Assembly: GCA_037308085.1 (NCBI GenBank)
Contig: CP147779.1
Coordinates: forward strand, 2,368,001-2,432,000
Reading direction: 5' to 3'
Source: Promethearchaeati archaeon SRVP18_Atabeyarchaeia-1
GTDB taxonomy: Archaea; Asgardarchaeota; Atabeyarchaeia; Atabeyarchaeales; Atabeyarchaeaceae
Length of the DNA stretch: 64,000 nucleotides
Both the position numbers and the translations under genes were made by a program. A model generated the notes under the pieces. The model made no database searches. It worked only from the letters and a program-made list of their open reading frames with translations, and was not told the origin of the DNA. Position 1 is the first letter of the stretch, and each line of letters begins with the position of its first letter. Below, piece after piece: positions 41,865 through 49,955 of the stretch.

Positions 41865-42494
41865 TCACCTTCTTCGGTGCGCATAGAGGGCTGACCTCTC
41901 GACATCCCTGATTTCGTCAGAGGCTTTTAGGAAAGCCGTTGTGGATTTGAATCTCATCCACCTGGAAAGTCTCGCCAAGAAGACCCCTAGGATCACTATG
42001 AAGATGAAAAGGCATGCTAGTCTGAAAACCCATATTTCTGCCGTTGCGGGTCCAGTATGGAAGACGTACCTGATGGCTTCCTCCGCTGTGAATACAGATA
42101 AGACGACGGAGAAATAGATATTCGTCTTTGTTAGTCCTCTGGCTAAGCTGCACCCTTCTTCGTCTTCTATTGAGTACCGCCTGATTTTTCTGCTGTACAC
42201 GCTAGCTTTGTGTACCTCGCCGAACGTGATCAGATTCACGAAAGCTATTACGACGAAGTAAGCCAGAATCACAGCGCCTGCAATAACGAGAATCAATAGT
42301 AGTATAGTGAAGCCCGCGTCTGACGCTGACGCGCCAGTAGATAAGCCACTCAGATCCAGCGATCCACCACCGGTGCTTCCCTGATGGCCGCTTCTGCGTT
42401 CCTTTTCCGCCCCTAGCGTCATGACAAGCCCCTCTATGTAGTAACTGGCTGGTTTCTGGCTTTTTAGTTTTGCCATATGTGACTCGATGCCCAC
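41865..42494 (-). CDS. Hypothetical membrane protein
   Basis: Gly/Ser linker plus 3 hydrophobic segments. Confidence 0.55.
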   Translation of the reverse strand: MGIESHMAKLKSQKPASYYIEGLVMTLGAEKERRSGHQGSTGGGSLDLSGLSTGASASDAGFTILLLILVIAGAVILAYFVVIAFVNLITFGEVHKASVYSRKIRRYSIEDEEGCSLARGLTKTNIYFSVVLSVFTAEEAIRYVFHTGPATAEIWVFRLACLFIFIVILGVFLARLSRWMRFKSTTAFLKASDEIRDVERSALYAHRRR

Positions 42495-42517
42495 AACAAT
42501 TACTCGGTAACGACTAG

Positions 42518-42880
42518 ATGGCCGACAATGATCCTTTTATTATTGAAAGCATATTTCCATATTTGGTGAGGACGTTGGTGTTACTTGTGGAGATTTTTGG
42601 AGACTCTGCGCAGGTGAAGGTACTGGAGTTTCTACTGCGGAATGTGGGGGGCACTATGATGATTTCTGATGTGGCCAAGGGCGCGGGGGTTGCCAACTCG
42701 ACGACGGCGCGAGTCGTGGAGCCGCTGATCAATTCAGGGATAGCCAAAGAAACAAAGATAGGAAAGCAGATCAGGATCATCAAGCTGGACAGGAATGATG
42801 AGAAGTCAAAGCTATTGCTTAGATTGGTCGAAGGCCTTGATGCCCTAGAGGATGGGAACCCAACCAGAGAGACTGACTAG
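42518..42880 (+). CDS. Winged-helix transcriptional regulator
   Basis: IFGDSAQVKVLEFL...ISDVAKGAGVANST...GIA; true start probably downstream. Confidence 0.75.
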   Translation: MADNDPFIIESIFPYLVRTLVLLVEIFGDSAQVKVLEFLLRNVGGTMMISDVAKGAGVANSTTARVVEPLINSGIAKETKIGKQIRIIKLDRNDEKSKLLLRLVEGLDALEDGNPTRETD

Positions 42881-42955
42881 CCGGTGCGAGCACCTATCTG
42901 CATTCGGTGTTCAGACGCGGGCCACCGGAACTGAAACGCCGACGTTACAGGAAAC

Positions 42956-43411
42956 TCAGCTTATGAGCCCCGTTGGGATTACTTCGATTTTTCCTTTTCC
43001 ACACATTGGGCATGTCTCGCCAATTAGCTCGTAGACTGAACGAATATTCTTTGACTTGCAGCTGGGGCATTCCCTCTCATCTTTGTCTTTCGGAGGCCAC
43101 CCAGATCTCCATGGATTGGCTTTGTCGTCTTTCAAGTCAGCTGCGAATTTGTAGTGGCAATCCAGACATATGCAGAAGGAATTGTACCCAGTTCTCTCCC
43201 TGATCAACTCCGGAATCGCATTTTGCCCGAGAACTTGAGAGACCGTGGATCCCTCAATCGGGTGAGGGCAGAAGACCCTTTCACCCTTGTCGTTCTCCAC
43301 ATACATGTATCCTCCCCAGCCTGTCGGAAAGGCAAAGCCGCATTTGTTACATTCGTATCTACTTATTGGTGGCGTGTTACTACCTCCTCGCATGCTTAAC
43401 GGGACGTGCAA
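42956..43411 (-). CDS. Multi-CxxC zinc-binding protein
   Basis: CNKC, CPHP, CLDC, CPSC, CPMC. Confidence 0.7.
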   Translation of the reverse strand: MHVPLSMRGGSNTPPISRYECNKCGFAFPTGWGGYMYVENDKGERVFCPHPIEGSTVSQVLGQNAIPELIRERTGYNSFCICLDCHYKFAADLKDDKANPWRSGWPPKDKDERECPSCKSKNIRSVYELIGETCPMCGKGKIEVIPTGLIS

Positions 43412-43497
43412 TTCGATTAACGTCTGGAGTAACTGTTGCCGTCTCTTCCTTTAGTGGGAACTCTCTGCGTTTACGGCCCGATTTCCTGAGGCACTTG

Positions 43498-44001
43498 TCA
43501 TTTCTCTCGCTGGTTCAAGAGAACTCTTCCGAAACTTCTAATTTTCTCGAGAAATGGTTTGCTAGTTTTACTATTTGGACAGTCGTCGCATTCGGGTCTC
43601 TCACCACAATTCTTCTCAACAATACTCCTTTTCAGAAGCACGTTCCGGAATGATCTGAATTGATTCGATTGACCTCCCTGAAAAGATACCGCTAGATCTC
43701 CGTAACGTTCATTGAAGAGCTCCGTGACCCTCTCGATCTTCATTTTTGCTGTTTTGAGGTCGTCCTTCTTATCGCATATGAATACGGTTACCAAGTCATC
43801 ATTGTTTCTTCTTATCAGAATAGTGTAATTCTCAAGTCCCACCTGTTCCACAGAAGAGCCGAAAACCTGTTGCGAAAAAGATGATATCGCGTCCAGAAAG
43901 CCGCTCATCAAGAGATCATCTTTCATAATTGTGTGGCACTTGCCAAAGTACTCGTTGAATAGAGGCACCCCGTGCTTCATCAACAATATGTTTCTGATCA
44001 T
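43498..44001 (-). CDS. Longin-like domain protein with C-terminal Cys cluster
   Basis: IRNILLMKHGVPLF...DDLLMSGFLDAISSFSQQVFG...LFNERY; NC...CDDC. Confidence 0.65.
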   Translation of the reverse strand: MIRNILLMKHGVPLFNEYFGKCHTIMKDDLLMSGFLDAISSFSQQVFGSSVEQVGLENYTILIRRNNDDLVTVFICDKKDDLKTAKMKIERVTELFNERYGDLAVSFQGGQSNQFRSFRNVLLKRSIVEKNCGERPECDDCPNSKTSKPFLEKIRSFGRVLLNQREK

Positions 44002-44178
44002 GCTAATCACAGATCTCTCTATCTGAAACACCCAGCTTCGTGGATTCCCCAAAGACCAGTCCGAGAACCTTGCTGTCAACTGCGAATATCGCCCATTAGG
44101 ATATTTAACTTTTCACTCCATAGAGTCATAGCGTCTCGCTTGTCTTGATGTTTCTCCCAGTGCCGTCTTTGACAGGTT

Positions 44179-44865
44179 TTAAGGCTGCGAGTGACCTTCG
44201 TTACTTTTCATTTCCGTTGCCGCTTTCTGGAGATAGTTCTTTCCGTATGAGCTGTAGAGAATCGCCAGAGGGTTATGTCCCGTCACCCGATCCTTGGCCG
44301 CCAAGATTGTTATGGGTGCCTTGGAGCATTTAATGAAGTGAGTATCATGCCCTACGCAGAGTCCGAGAAGTATGTTGAGTTCCGTGCCAGCTTTCTCAAG
44401 GACAAGCGCCTGTCCCACAGGATTGCATGCGCAGTATCCTATTGCGTATCCAGTTTTGGATATCCCCTGATACTCTGTAGGTACACCGACATCGCTCTTT
44501 GAGATGGCGCCAAACTTACAGTTGACTGAGCAAACCTCAAACCCCAATCCCTCGAGGAACTGGGCGACAAGCGCCGCCTCATCCTTCAGACCGACGCAAA
44601 AAGCGAGACCCAGCTTCCCATACCCCATGAGCTTGGCAAACTCGGCGATCTCGCGCAGCCTCGGCCATTCCGCGTATCCAGCTGCCTCCACGATTCCAGC
44701 ATTTACCGCCAACCTCCTCTCATCATGCTTATCATAGGCCAGTAGTGATTCCTTAACTGAGTTGCTCTGCCCAACCATAGGGCAACCCTCTGGACCCTTC
44801 CTGCTGCCTGATACGCAAGACATGGTCCTACAATACGCGCACCTCGCCGCCAACTTCGTCACCAC
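44179..44865 (-). CDS. DUF1847 metal-binding protein
   Basis: KLGLAFCVGL, CNPVGQA, GLCVGHD, KDRVTGHNP. Confidence 0.88.
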   Translation of the reverse strand: MVTKLAARCAYCRTMSCVSGSRKGPEGCPMVGQSNSVKESLLAYDKHDERRLAVNAGIVEAAGYAEWPRLREIAEFAKLMGYGKLGLAFCVGLKDEAALVAQFLEGLGFEVCSVNCKFGAISKSDVGVPTEYQGISKTGYAIGYCACNPVGQALVLEKAGTELNILLGLCVGHDTHFIKCSKAPITILAAKDRVTGHNPLAILYSSYGKNYLQKAATEMKSNEGHSQP

Positions 44866-44924
44866 GCTTGGATCCTTCTAGTCTGAACCTCATTTTGGAC
44901 GCTTCCATATATCCGGAGTGCTTT

Positions 44925-45248
44925 GTGACGTCCTCCAACGACTGAGGTCGTTGGCTTCCACCACTTTTTTGTTCTCGCCTCGTCGCCGAGGTCGCAGGTT
45001 CGCACGTAGCTTTCAGAAGGTGTTGCAAGGTTCACGGCTCTCGAGCCCTTCACACGTTGCGGCACGGCCGTGTTGGGCAGAGGCTTGTTCATCCCGTGTT
45101 CTGGCTGCGTCAACTTTCGGCTCGTTGATTCGAGTCCAGCCCGCCCCCTCAGGGAACTTCGCCCCTTCGGGGTGCACCCAGTCTGCTGGGCTACCAGCGT
45201 TGGTTGGTGCCCCCATTGGAGACTTACGCTCCAACACCCAGGCACCCA
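44925..45248 (-). ncRNA. Candidate ~320-nt structured RNA inside E1
   Basis: TTTATAT TATA at 45271-45277 (minus); several stems (GGUGCC/GGCACC, UUGGAG/CUCCAA, CCCAG/CUGGG, CCCC-GAA-GGGG, CCUCG-GCGA-CGAGG). Confidence 0.6.
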
Positions 45249-45367
45249 TTTAAATATGCCCGCAGATAGCATATAAACTTACAAGACAAGGGGGTTGTCC
45301 AGCCTGAAGGCTGGCACGCAATTCAACCAACCGCTGAAGCATGTTGGGTTTCTTGCTCAACCTATTT
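44925..45367 (-). mobile_element. Non-autonomous IS200/IS605-type element E1 with RNA-like cargo
   Basis: Left end TTAG|...AAAC-hairpin; right end GAAG-CCAACGAC CTCA GTCGTTGG...TCAC|; no credible ORF. Confidence 0.8.
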
Positions 45368-45671
45368 CTAAAATACCTAGCTAGAGATTATGCCAGTATG
45401 ATCCCAAGGCATCAAGTGCGTGACGCTTCGCTATTGCTCGCCGGTTGCGATGGGCTTTTCGAACTGGGTTGGATGGTAGAAGGGCACAACTAGAGGAAGG
45501 CAATCGAGGTAGCAAATGAAGGTTTGTCGTGCTCCTCTGGTTACAGTTGTTTTGAGGGATCAGTTTTGGAAGGCAAAGGCACAGGACGTTCAACGGGACA
45601 TGGGGAGTATTTCCCAGTGCGGCAACCATTAAGTAAGGGTCGGAGCTCATAATCTGAGCCGCCCCTTGATG

Positions 45672-45699
45672 TGTTACAATGTAACATAACCCTTAAATA
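45672..45699 (+). promoter_or_regulatory. Palindromic operator plus TATA of the tusA-dsrEFH operon
   Basis: TGTTACA-A-TGTAACA (45672-45686) just upstream of CTTAAATA. Confidence 0.6.
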
Positions 45700-45747
45700 T
45701 CAGCATTAAAGCATAACTTTGATAATAGTGATGAGTTAGCGCCTAAC

Positions 45748-46035
45748 ATGATGATTGAGAGTTATGGAGAATTATCGATGGCAAGCAAAACTAGCCAAAG
45801 TTCGGCCAAGGCGGATTTGGTTATCAACGCCCTTGGTCAGAAATGTCCCATGCCGATCCTGACCCTCAAAGACAACCTAGAGAGCATCAGGGTGGGTCAG
45901 ACGGCAGAACTGATCGGGGACGACATCGGCTCCAAGACAGATGTCCCCGCCTTCTGCAAGCGGACCGGCCAGGAACTTCTTAAGACTTGGGAAGACAACG
46001 GGACCCTCCATTTCCTGATCAAGAAATTGAAGTGA
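45748..46035 (+). CDS. tusA: TusA/SirA sulfur carrier
   Basis: GQKCPMP, D.G...DVPAFC. Confidence 0.88.
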   Translation: MMIESYGELSMASKTSQSSAKADLVINALGQKCPMPILTLKDNLESIRVGQTAELIGDDIGSKTDVPAFCKRTGQELLKTWEDNGTLHFLIKKLK

Positions 46036-46056
46036 ACTACTCATGGCAAGTGGGCG

Positions 46057-46428
46057 GTGAACATAGCATTGGTGTCCTTTGCTTTCCTGGTCTGCACAGG
46101 TCCGTACACCTTCCAGAACTCAGATACGCTATACGCGATGATCGACGCCCTGAAGAAGCTCGGGCATAGAGTCTCGGGAGTCTTCTTCTATATCGACGGC
46201 GTCATAAACGTCTCCAAGAAAATCAAGGTAGAAAAAGGAGTCAGGGATCTGCCTGCGAAGCTTCAGCTCCTAGTCGAGAGCGGCATTCCAATTGTAGCAT
46301 GTAGCGCATGCTCGGACTACCGAGGTATAGACAATGACAATATTGCCAACGGAGCCCAACTCGGAGGACTCATGACCCTATCAGACTACATAGAGGAGTC
46401 CGACAAGATTGTGGTGTTTAGTCTATGA
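46057..46428 (+). CDS. dsrE: DsrE/TusD-like sulfur relay protein
   Basis: GPY, VFFYIDGV, CSAC..RG, LGGL. Confidence 0.85.
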   Translation: MNIALVSFAFLVCTGPYTFQNSDTLYAMIDALKKLGHRVSGVFFYIDGVINVSKKIKVEKGVRDLPAKLQLLVESGIPIVACSACSDYRGIDNDNIANGAQLGGLMTLSDYIEESDKIVVFSL

Positions 46429-46434
46429 GATCAG

Positions 46435-46714
46435 GTAACCTCTTCCCATGGCTGAAGCTTGTGGGCTTGTTTCCGTTTCGTTTGTTGGTCGCCGCCCGTC
46501 GCCGGGTCGGTGTTTCGGAAGCCACGCCGGTGGGGGGAAGTGGCGACTCCCGGGCTTTCGCGCGCCGCGCTTTTCCAGCCCGCTCACCTCGCCAGACGGG
46601 GTGGGTTACGCTTCGCGTCTCCGTGCTCGGAGACCACCCTCTGCGCCGGGAAACAGAGACTCAGGCTTTGCATTGGGGGCGCCACCCCGCGCGGTCTCGC
46701 CCCGGCGCCAATGC
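46435..46714 (-). ncRNA. Candidate ~280-nt structured RNA inside E2
   Basis: TTTAAGTA TATA at 46731-46738 (minus); stems GCAUUGG/CCAAUGC, GUCUCCG/CGGAGAC, UGGCGA/UCGCCA, CGGGCU/AGCCCG, CCCG-GCGA-CGGG. Confidence 0.6.
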
Positions 46715-46803
46715 TAGGTACGCGGGAGACTACTTAAACCCGCCATTTGGCGACGGCAGTTCCTCCCACGCCTAAAAGGCGTGGGCTTCCCTGAGACAGA
46801 ATG
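46435..46803 (-). mobile_element. Non-autonomous IS200/IS605-type element E2 with RNA-like cargo
   Basis: Left end TCAC|14 nt|GAAG-CCCACGCC TTTTA GGCGTGGG; right end CAAG-CCCACAAGC TTCA GCCATGGG...TTAC|; lies between dsrE and dsrF. Confidence 0.8.
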
Positions 46804-46813
46804 GTGAATCCGT

Positions 46814-47179
46814 ATGGCAGGGCACAAGGTGGTCATCGTTTTCAATAAGGCTCCTTATGAGCGAATCTCAGTCGTTGAGGGGTCTAGGGCGATTGGCGGA
46901 GTAGTGACAATGGGGACTGAAGGGATTGCGGTCTTTGTCGACGATGGTGTGTGCGCATTGCTGAAGAACCAAGATCCTGCTGGTTCTGGTCTTGAGTCAA
47001 TCCTAAGCTGGTTGAAGCTTCTTGAGAAGAGCAGAGTTCCGATGAAAGTTGTGCGTGAGTCTTTGTCTGAGAGAGGTGTCGACGAGTCCGATTTGCTGGA
47101 ACTGGGTGGCCTTGAGGTGATTTCGAGGGATGAGCTTGGGAAGCTAGTGCTTGGCTATAATTCAGTCTTCGTGATCTGA
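46814..47179 (+). CDS. dsrF: DsrF/TusC-like protein
   Basis: KAPY, EG.RA, FVDDGV.ALLKNQ, ESLSERG. Confidence 0.82.
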   Translation: MAGHKVVIVFNKAPYERISVVEGSRAIGGVVTMGTEGIAVFVDDGVCALLKNQDPAGSGLESILSWLKLLEKSRVPMKVVRESLSERGVDESDLLELGGLEVISRDELGKLVLGYNSVFVI

Positions 47180-47181
47180 AT

Positions 47182-47532
47182 TTGGTGGATTTGGAGGGAG
47201 AGAACGTGATCGTATATCTCTTGGGCAAGAGTCCTTTTGAGTTCAGGTCGATTGAGACCTACCTCGACATGGGAGAACGACAGAGTGAGGCGGGAGTAGA
47301 CGTCAGGATTGTCCTACTGCATGGAGCCGTGCTTGCGGCAAGGAAGAACAACCGGTTCGAAGATCGGCTTAGAAGACTTGCTGATGCTGGCGTGAGAATA
47401 TACCTTCGCAAGGAGGACCTGGAAGCTAGGGCCATTAACAATGAGTCATTGAGCAGCATAGGTTCGCCAGTTGACACGGTGGAGATCATGAAATTGGCGG
47501 CCGAGTCCAACACACTTGTCTCAGTCATTTGA
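47182..47532 (+). CDS. dsrH: DsrH/TusB-like protein
   Basis: KSPF, LLHGAV, EDLEARA. Confidence 0.78.
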   Translation: MVDLEGENVIVYLLGKSPFEFRSIETYLDMGERQSEAGVDVRIVLLHGAVLAARKNNRFEDRLRRLADAGVRIYLRKEDLEARAINNESLSSIGSPVDTVEIMKLAAESNTLVSVI

Positions 47533-47592
47533 TAGCTGAAACGAGAATCGATCAGGGAGAAAAGCGCGTGACAGTTAAGGCGAATGATCTAG

Positions 47593-48144
47593 ATGCTGTT
47601 AACGATTGAAGAGGACATGCGAGAGTTTCCCGTTACTATCGTAGCCAATGGATATAGTGAGGAGGCTGACAAGATGACAGAGACAGGTCGTGAGCTGGAT
47701 GAAAAGGACATCCTGATCCTGAAACTCCTGCAAGAAGACGGTAGAACGCCCTACAGGAAGATCGCCGAGAGACTTGGAACGACAGTGATGACAATTACCC
47801 GCCGAGTCAGCCAGATGAGAAAGGCAGGCGTCATAAGGAAATTCACCGTGATACTTGACCCCGAATCGCTTGGCAAGCGGTACAGCATATGCCTTTTCGT
47901 AAGGGTAGATGATCCGTCGGCCATTAATGCTGTCTCATCCGCTCTATCTAGTAACAAGGATCTCTGCTATGTTCACCATGTCACTGGCGAATTCGAGATT
48001 GCGGCAATGGCAAGATGCCGAGACAAAGAAGAGGCGTCAAGACTAATAGAGCGAGTCGGAACGATAAAGGGCGTCGTGAAAGTTGTCCCCCATAGTGTGC
48101 TAAAAACGATCAAGGAGGACCTTGACATCGAACTCGCCCAGTAA
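47593..48144 (+). CDS. Lrp/AsnC transcriptional regulator
   Basis: LDEKDILILKLLQEDGR, HVTGEFE; start possibly 47674. Confidence 0.9.
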   Translation: MLLTIEEDMREFPVTIVANGYSEEADKMTETGRELDEKDILILKLLQEDGRTPYRKIAERLGTTVMTITRRVSQMRKAGVIRKFTVILDPESLGKRYSICLFVRVDDPSAINAVSSALSSNKDLCYVHHVTGEFEIAAMARCRDKEEASRLIERVGTIKGVVKVVPHSVLKTIKEDLDIELAQ

Positions 48145-48182
48145 CCCAGATCGGATGCTTGAACGCCAAGAACCACGCCTGC

Positions 48183-48242
48183 AAATGCAAGGCAGAGAGC
48201 CCTTGCCCTAAATGGCGTGAGTTGAATGGCGGGTTTAAGTAG
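48183..48242 (+). mobile_element. Decayed IS605-type left end with promoter
   Basis: Aligns by eye with the tnpB-element left end; 18-nt identity with the E2 promoter segment. Confidence 0.5.
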
Positions 48243-48380
48243 AGGAACAAACACCCTTTTGTGCAGTAGACACGGACCGTGTTGAATCTATGCCCATGGA
48301 GGCCGAAGGCGCCACCTTTCCTCGACGCATCTTCTGCCACATCTTCTAAACTTCACTAATCGCCTTGAGGTTAGCTGCTC

Positions 48381-48830
48381 TTGTCAGTCGGCTTATTATC
48401 GATTATCGCTGTCTTCGCGCTATCTGCATCCCCGATAGGCGAGATACTAATTGCTATTGCATTCGGCGTAGTGGTACTGGGAATGGATCCAGCGTTGGCT
48501 TTCCTGGCCGCTTACCCCGGAAACCTGATTCCAATAATAGTCATCCTTCCGCTTCTTGGGTATCTTGGCAAGAGGTTTCCAAGGTTCTTCAACTATATGA
48601 CTAGAAGAAGCGGCAGATTCGGGAAGCGACTCGGAGGCAAGTATGGTTGGGCATTCCTATTTCTGATCGTACTCTTCGCGGGAGCGTATGGCGCTTCAAC
48701 TGTTTCGGGACTCCTGGGGGTTGACAAGAAGCGTTCCTTTCTCGTCCAATCCGTGGCGCTGGCGTTCTACGGTGCCGTCGAGGTTATCGCGCTCTACTTT
48801 GGAATTGGGGTTATCTCAAGTCTGCCGTAG
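48381..48830 (+). CDS. Small multi-drug export-like membrane protein
   Basis: SPIGE..IAI, GN.IP, GAYGA. Confidence 0.75.
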   Translation: MSVGLLSIIAVFALSASPIGEILIAIAFGVVVLGMDPALAFLAAYPGNLIPIIVILPLLGYLGKRFPRFFNYMTRRSGRFGKRLGGKYGWAFLFLIVLFAGAYGASTVSGLLGVDKKRSFLVQSVALAFYGAVEVIALYFGIGVISSLP

Positions 48831-48907
48831 GCGGCGATCAGAGTGACTGCCAAGAAAAAGGGAGTTGAACTGGTCTTTCCGCCCAGTTCATGAACGCCTT
48901 GAAGTCC

Positions 48908-49717
48908 TCACTTGCTTTTTGACTTGGCGCTTTTGTTACCGGATCTCCAGTATCTGAACCAAACCACGACTATTACGATTAGAATCGCCGCGATGCCTAT
49001 TGCCGCTGTCGCTGCCACGTCTACGTAGTCGGACATGCGCTTGATTAAGATGCCGAGCAATGCCCAGATGAACACCAGACTGTACGCGATGTCTTTGCGG
49101 GTAAATAGTACTACGAGGCACAGTATTACTGCTATGGCGATGATGATTATTGCCCAAAGGTCCTGGGCAATGCCAAACGCGCTCACCGCAGGGTTCCTCA
49201 AAGACAGATCAAGGTACACTAGCAGCGTTGTCACGTTTCCAATGGTGGCTACCGTGATCCAGCCGAGGTATACGCTGAAGGGGACCCTCATGATCAAGTT
49301 TTCCTTTGTGAATCCAGTGTAGGCTCCCAGACGCACGTAGATGAATAGCAGGCACAATAATAATGCGATCATGACGATGAGTGTCAAAGGAATCTGGAAG
49401 TACTGCCAGAGGAATAGCCACACCACGTTGGCAATGCAAGACAGTAGGAACCAGTAGCTGATCTTTGCTGTGAGCTCTGGCTTGTAACCCCTCGCTTGGT
49501 ATATGGTGAAGACGCCTAGTAGAACATATATGACGCCCCAGATTGAGAATGTTAGGCCTGCAGGCGCGAACAGGTTTGCATAGTAATCAGAAACCTGGGC
49601 CGTTGTTACTCCACCGTACATCACAATGTTTGCCAGCAGATTCAGGACTACAAACGCAACGTATCCAATAACGTTCAGATACCCTAGAGTGTGACTCCGC
49701 TCTCCACTTCGACTCAT
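48908..49717 (-). CDS. TspO/MBR-like tryptophan-rich membrane protein
   Basis: FAPAGLTFSIWGVIY, PFSVYLGWITVAT. Confidence 0.8.
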   Translation of the reverse strand: MSRSGERSHTLGYLNVIGYVAFVVLNLLANIVMYGGVTTAQVSDYYANLFAPAGLTFSIWGVIYVLLGVFTIYQARGYKPELTAKISYWFLLSCIANVVWLFLWQYFQIPLTLIVMIALLLCLLFIYVRLGAYTGFTKENLIMRVPFSVYLGWITVATIGNVTTLLVYLDLSLRNPAVSAFGIAQDLWAIIIIAIAVILCLVVLFTRKDIAYSLVFIWALLGILIKRMSDYVDVAATAAIGIAAILIVIVVVWFRYWRSGNKSAKSKSK

Positions 49718-49955
49718 AACGCCTAGACACCTTCTCCCTCTCTGATTCGAGATTGGTACGACAGTCAGCGGAAATAGAGCTATAAACCTTTCGTGGTTGG
49801 CCAACTGTTATCTTGGTCGCTATGGCGCTAAAATAGAAAATTGTTGCCATGATCATGAAGGAGTAAGGCAAGTTCTAGGCACAACGGCTTTAGTGCATCC
49901 ATTGATTATCTGTAGCCAGACTCCCGTACAGCCGTGTCTAATCATCCCGTTCGCT

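Noticed and set aside
44828-45276. Several overlapping 66-137 aa ORFs
   Set aside because: GC-rich stop-poor sequence inside element E1; no protein motifs; better explained as structured RNA
46425-46775. Three overlapping plus-strand ORFs between dsrE and dsrF
   Set aside because: Arg/Pro/Gly-rich translations of GC-rich element E2; not credible proteins
44925-46803. E1/E2 cargo as RNase P RNA, SRP RNA or group I/II intron (IStron)
   Set aside because: No GAGGAAAGUCC-like P4, no SRP helix 8 motif, no group I P7 pair or group II domain V found by eye; needs cmscan to exclude formally
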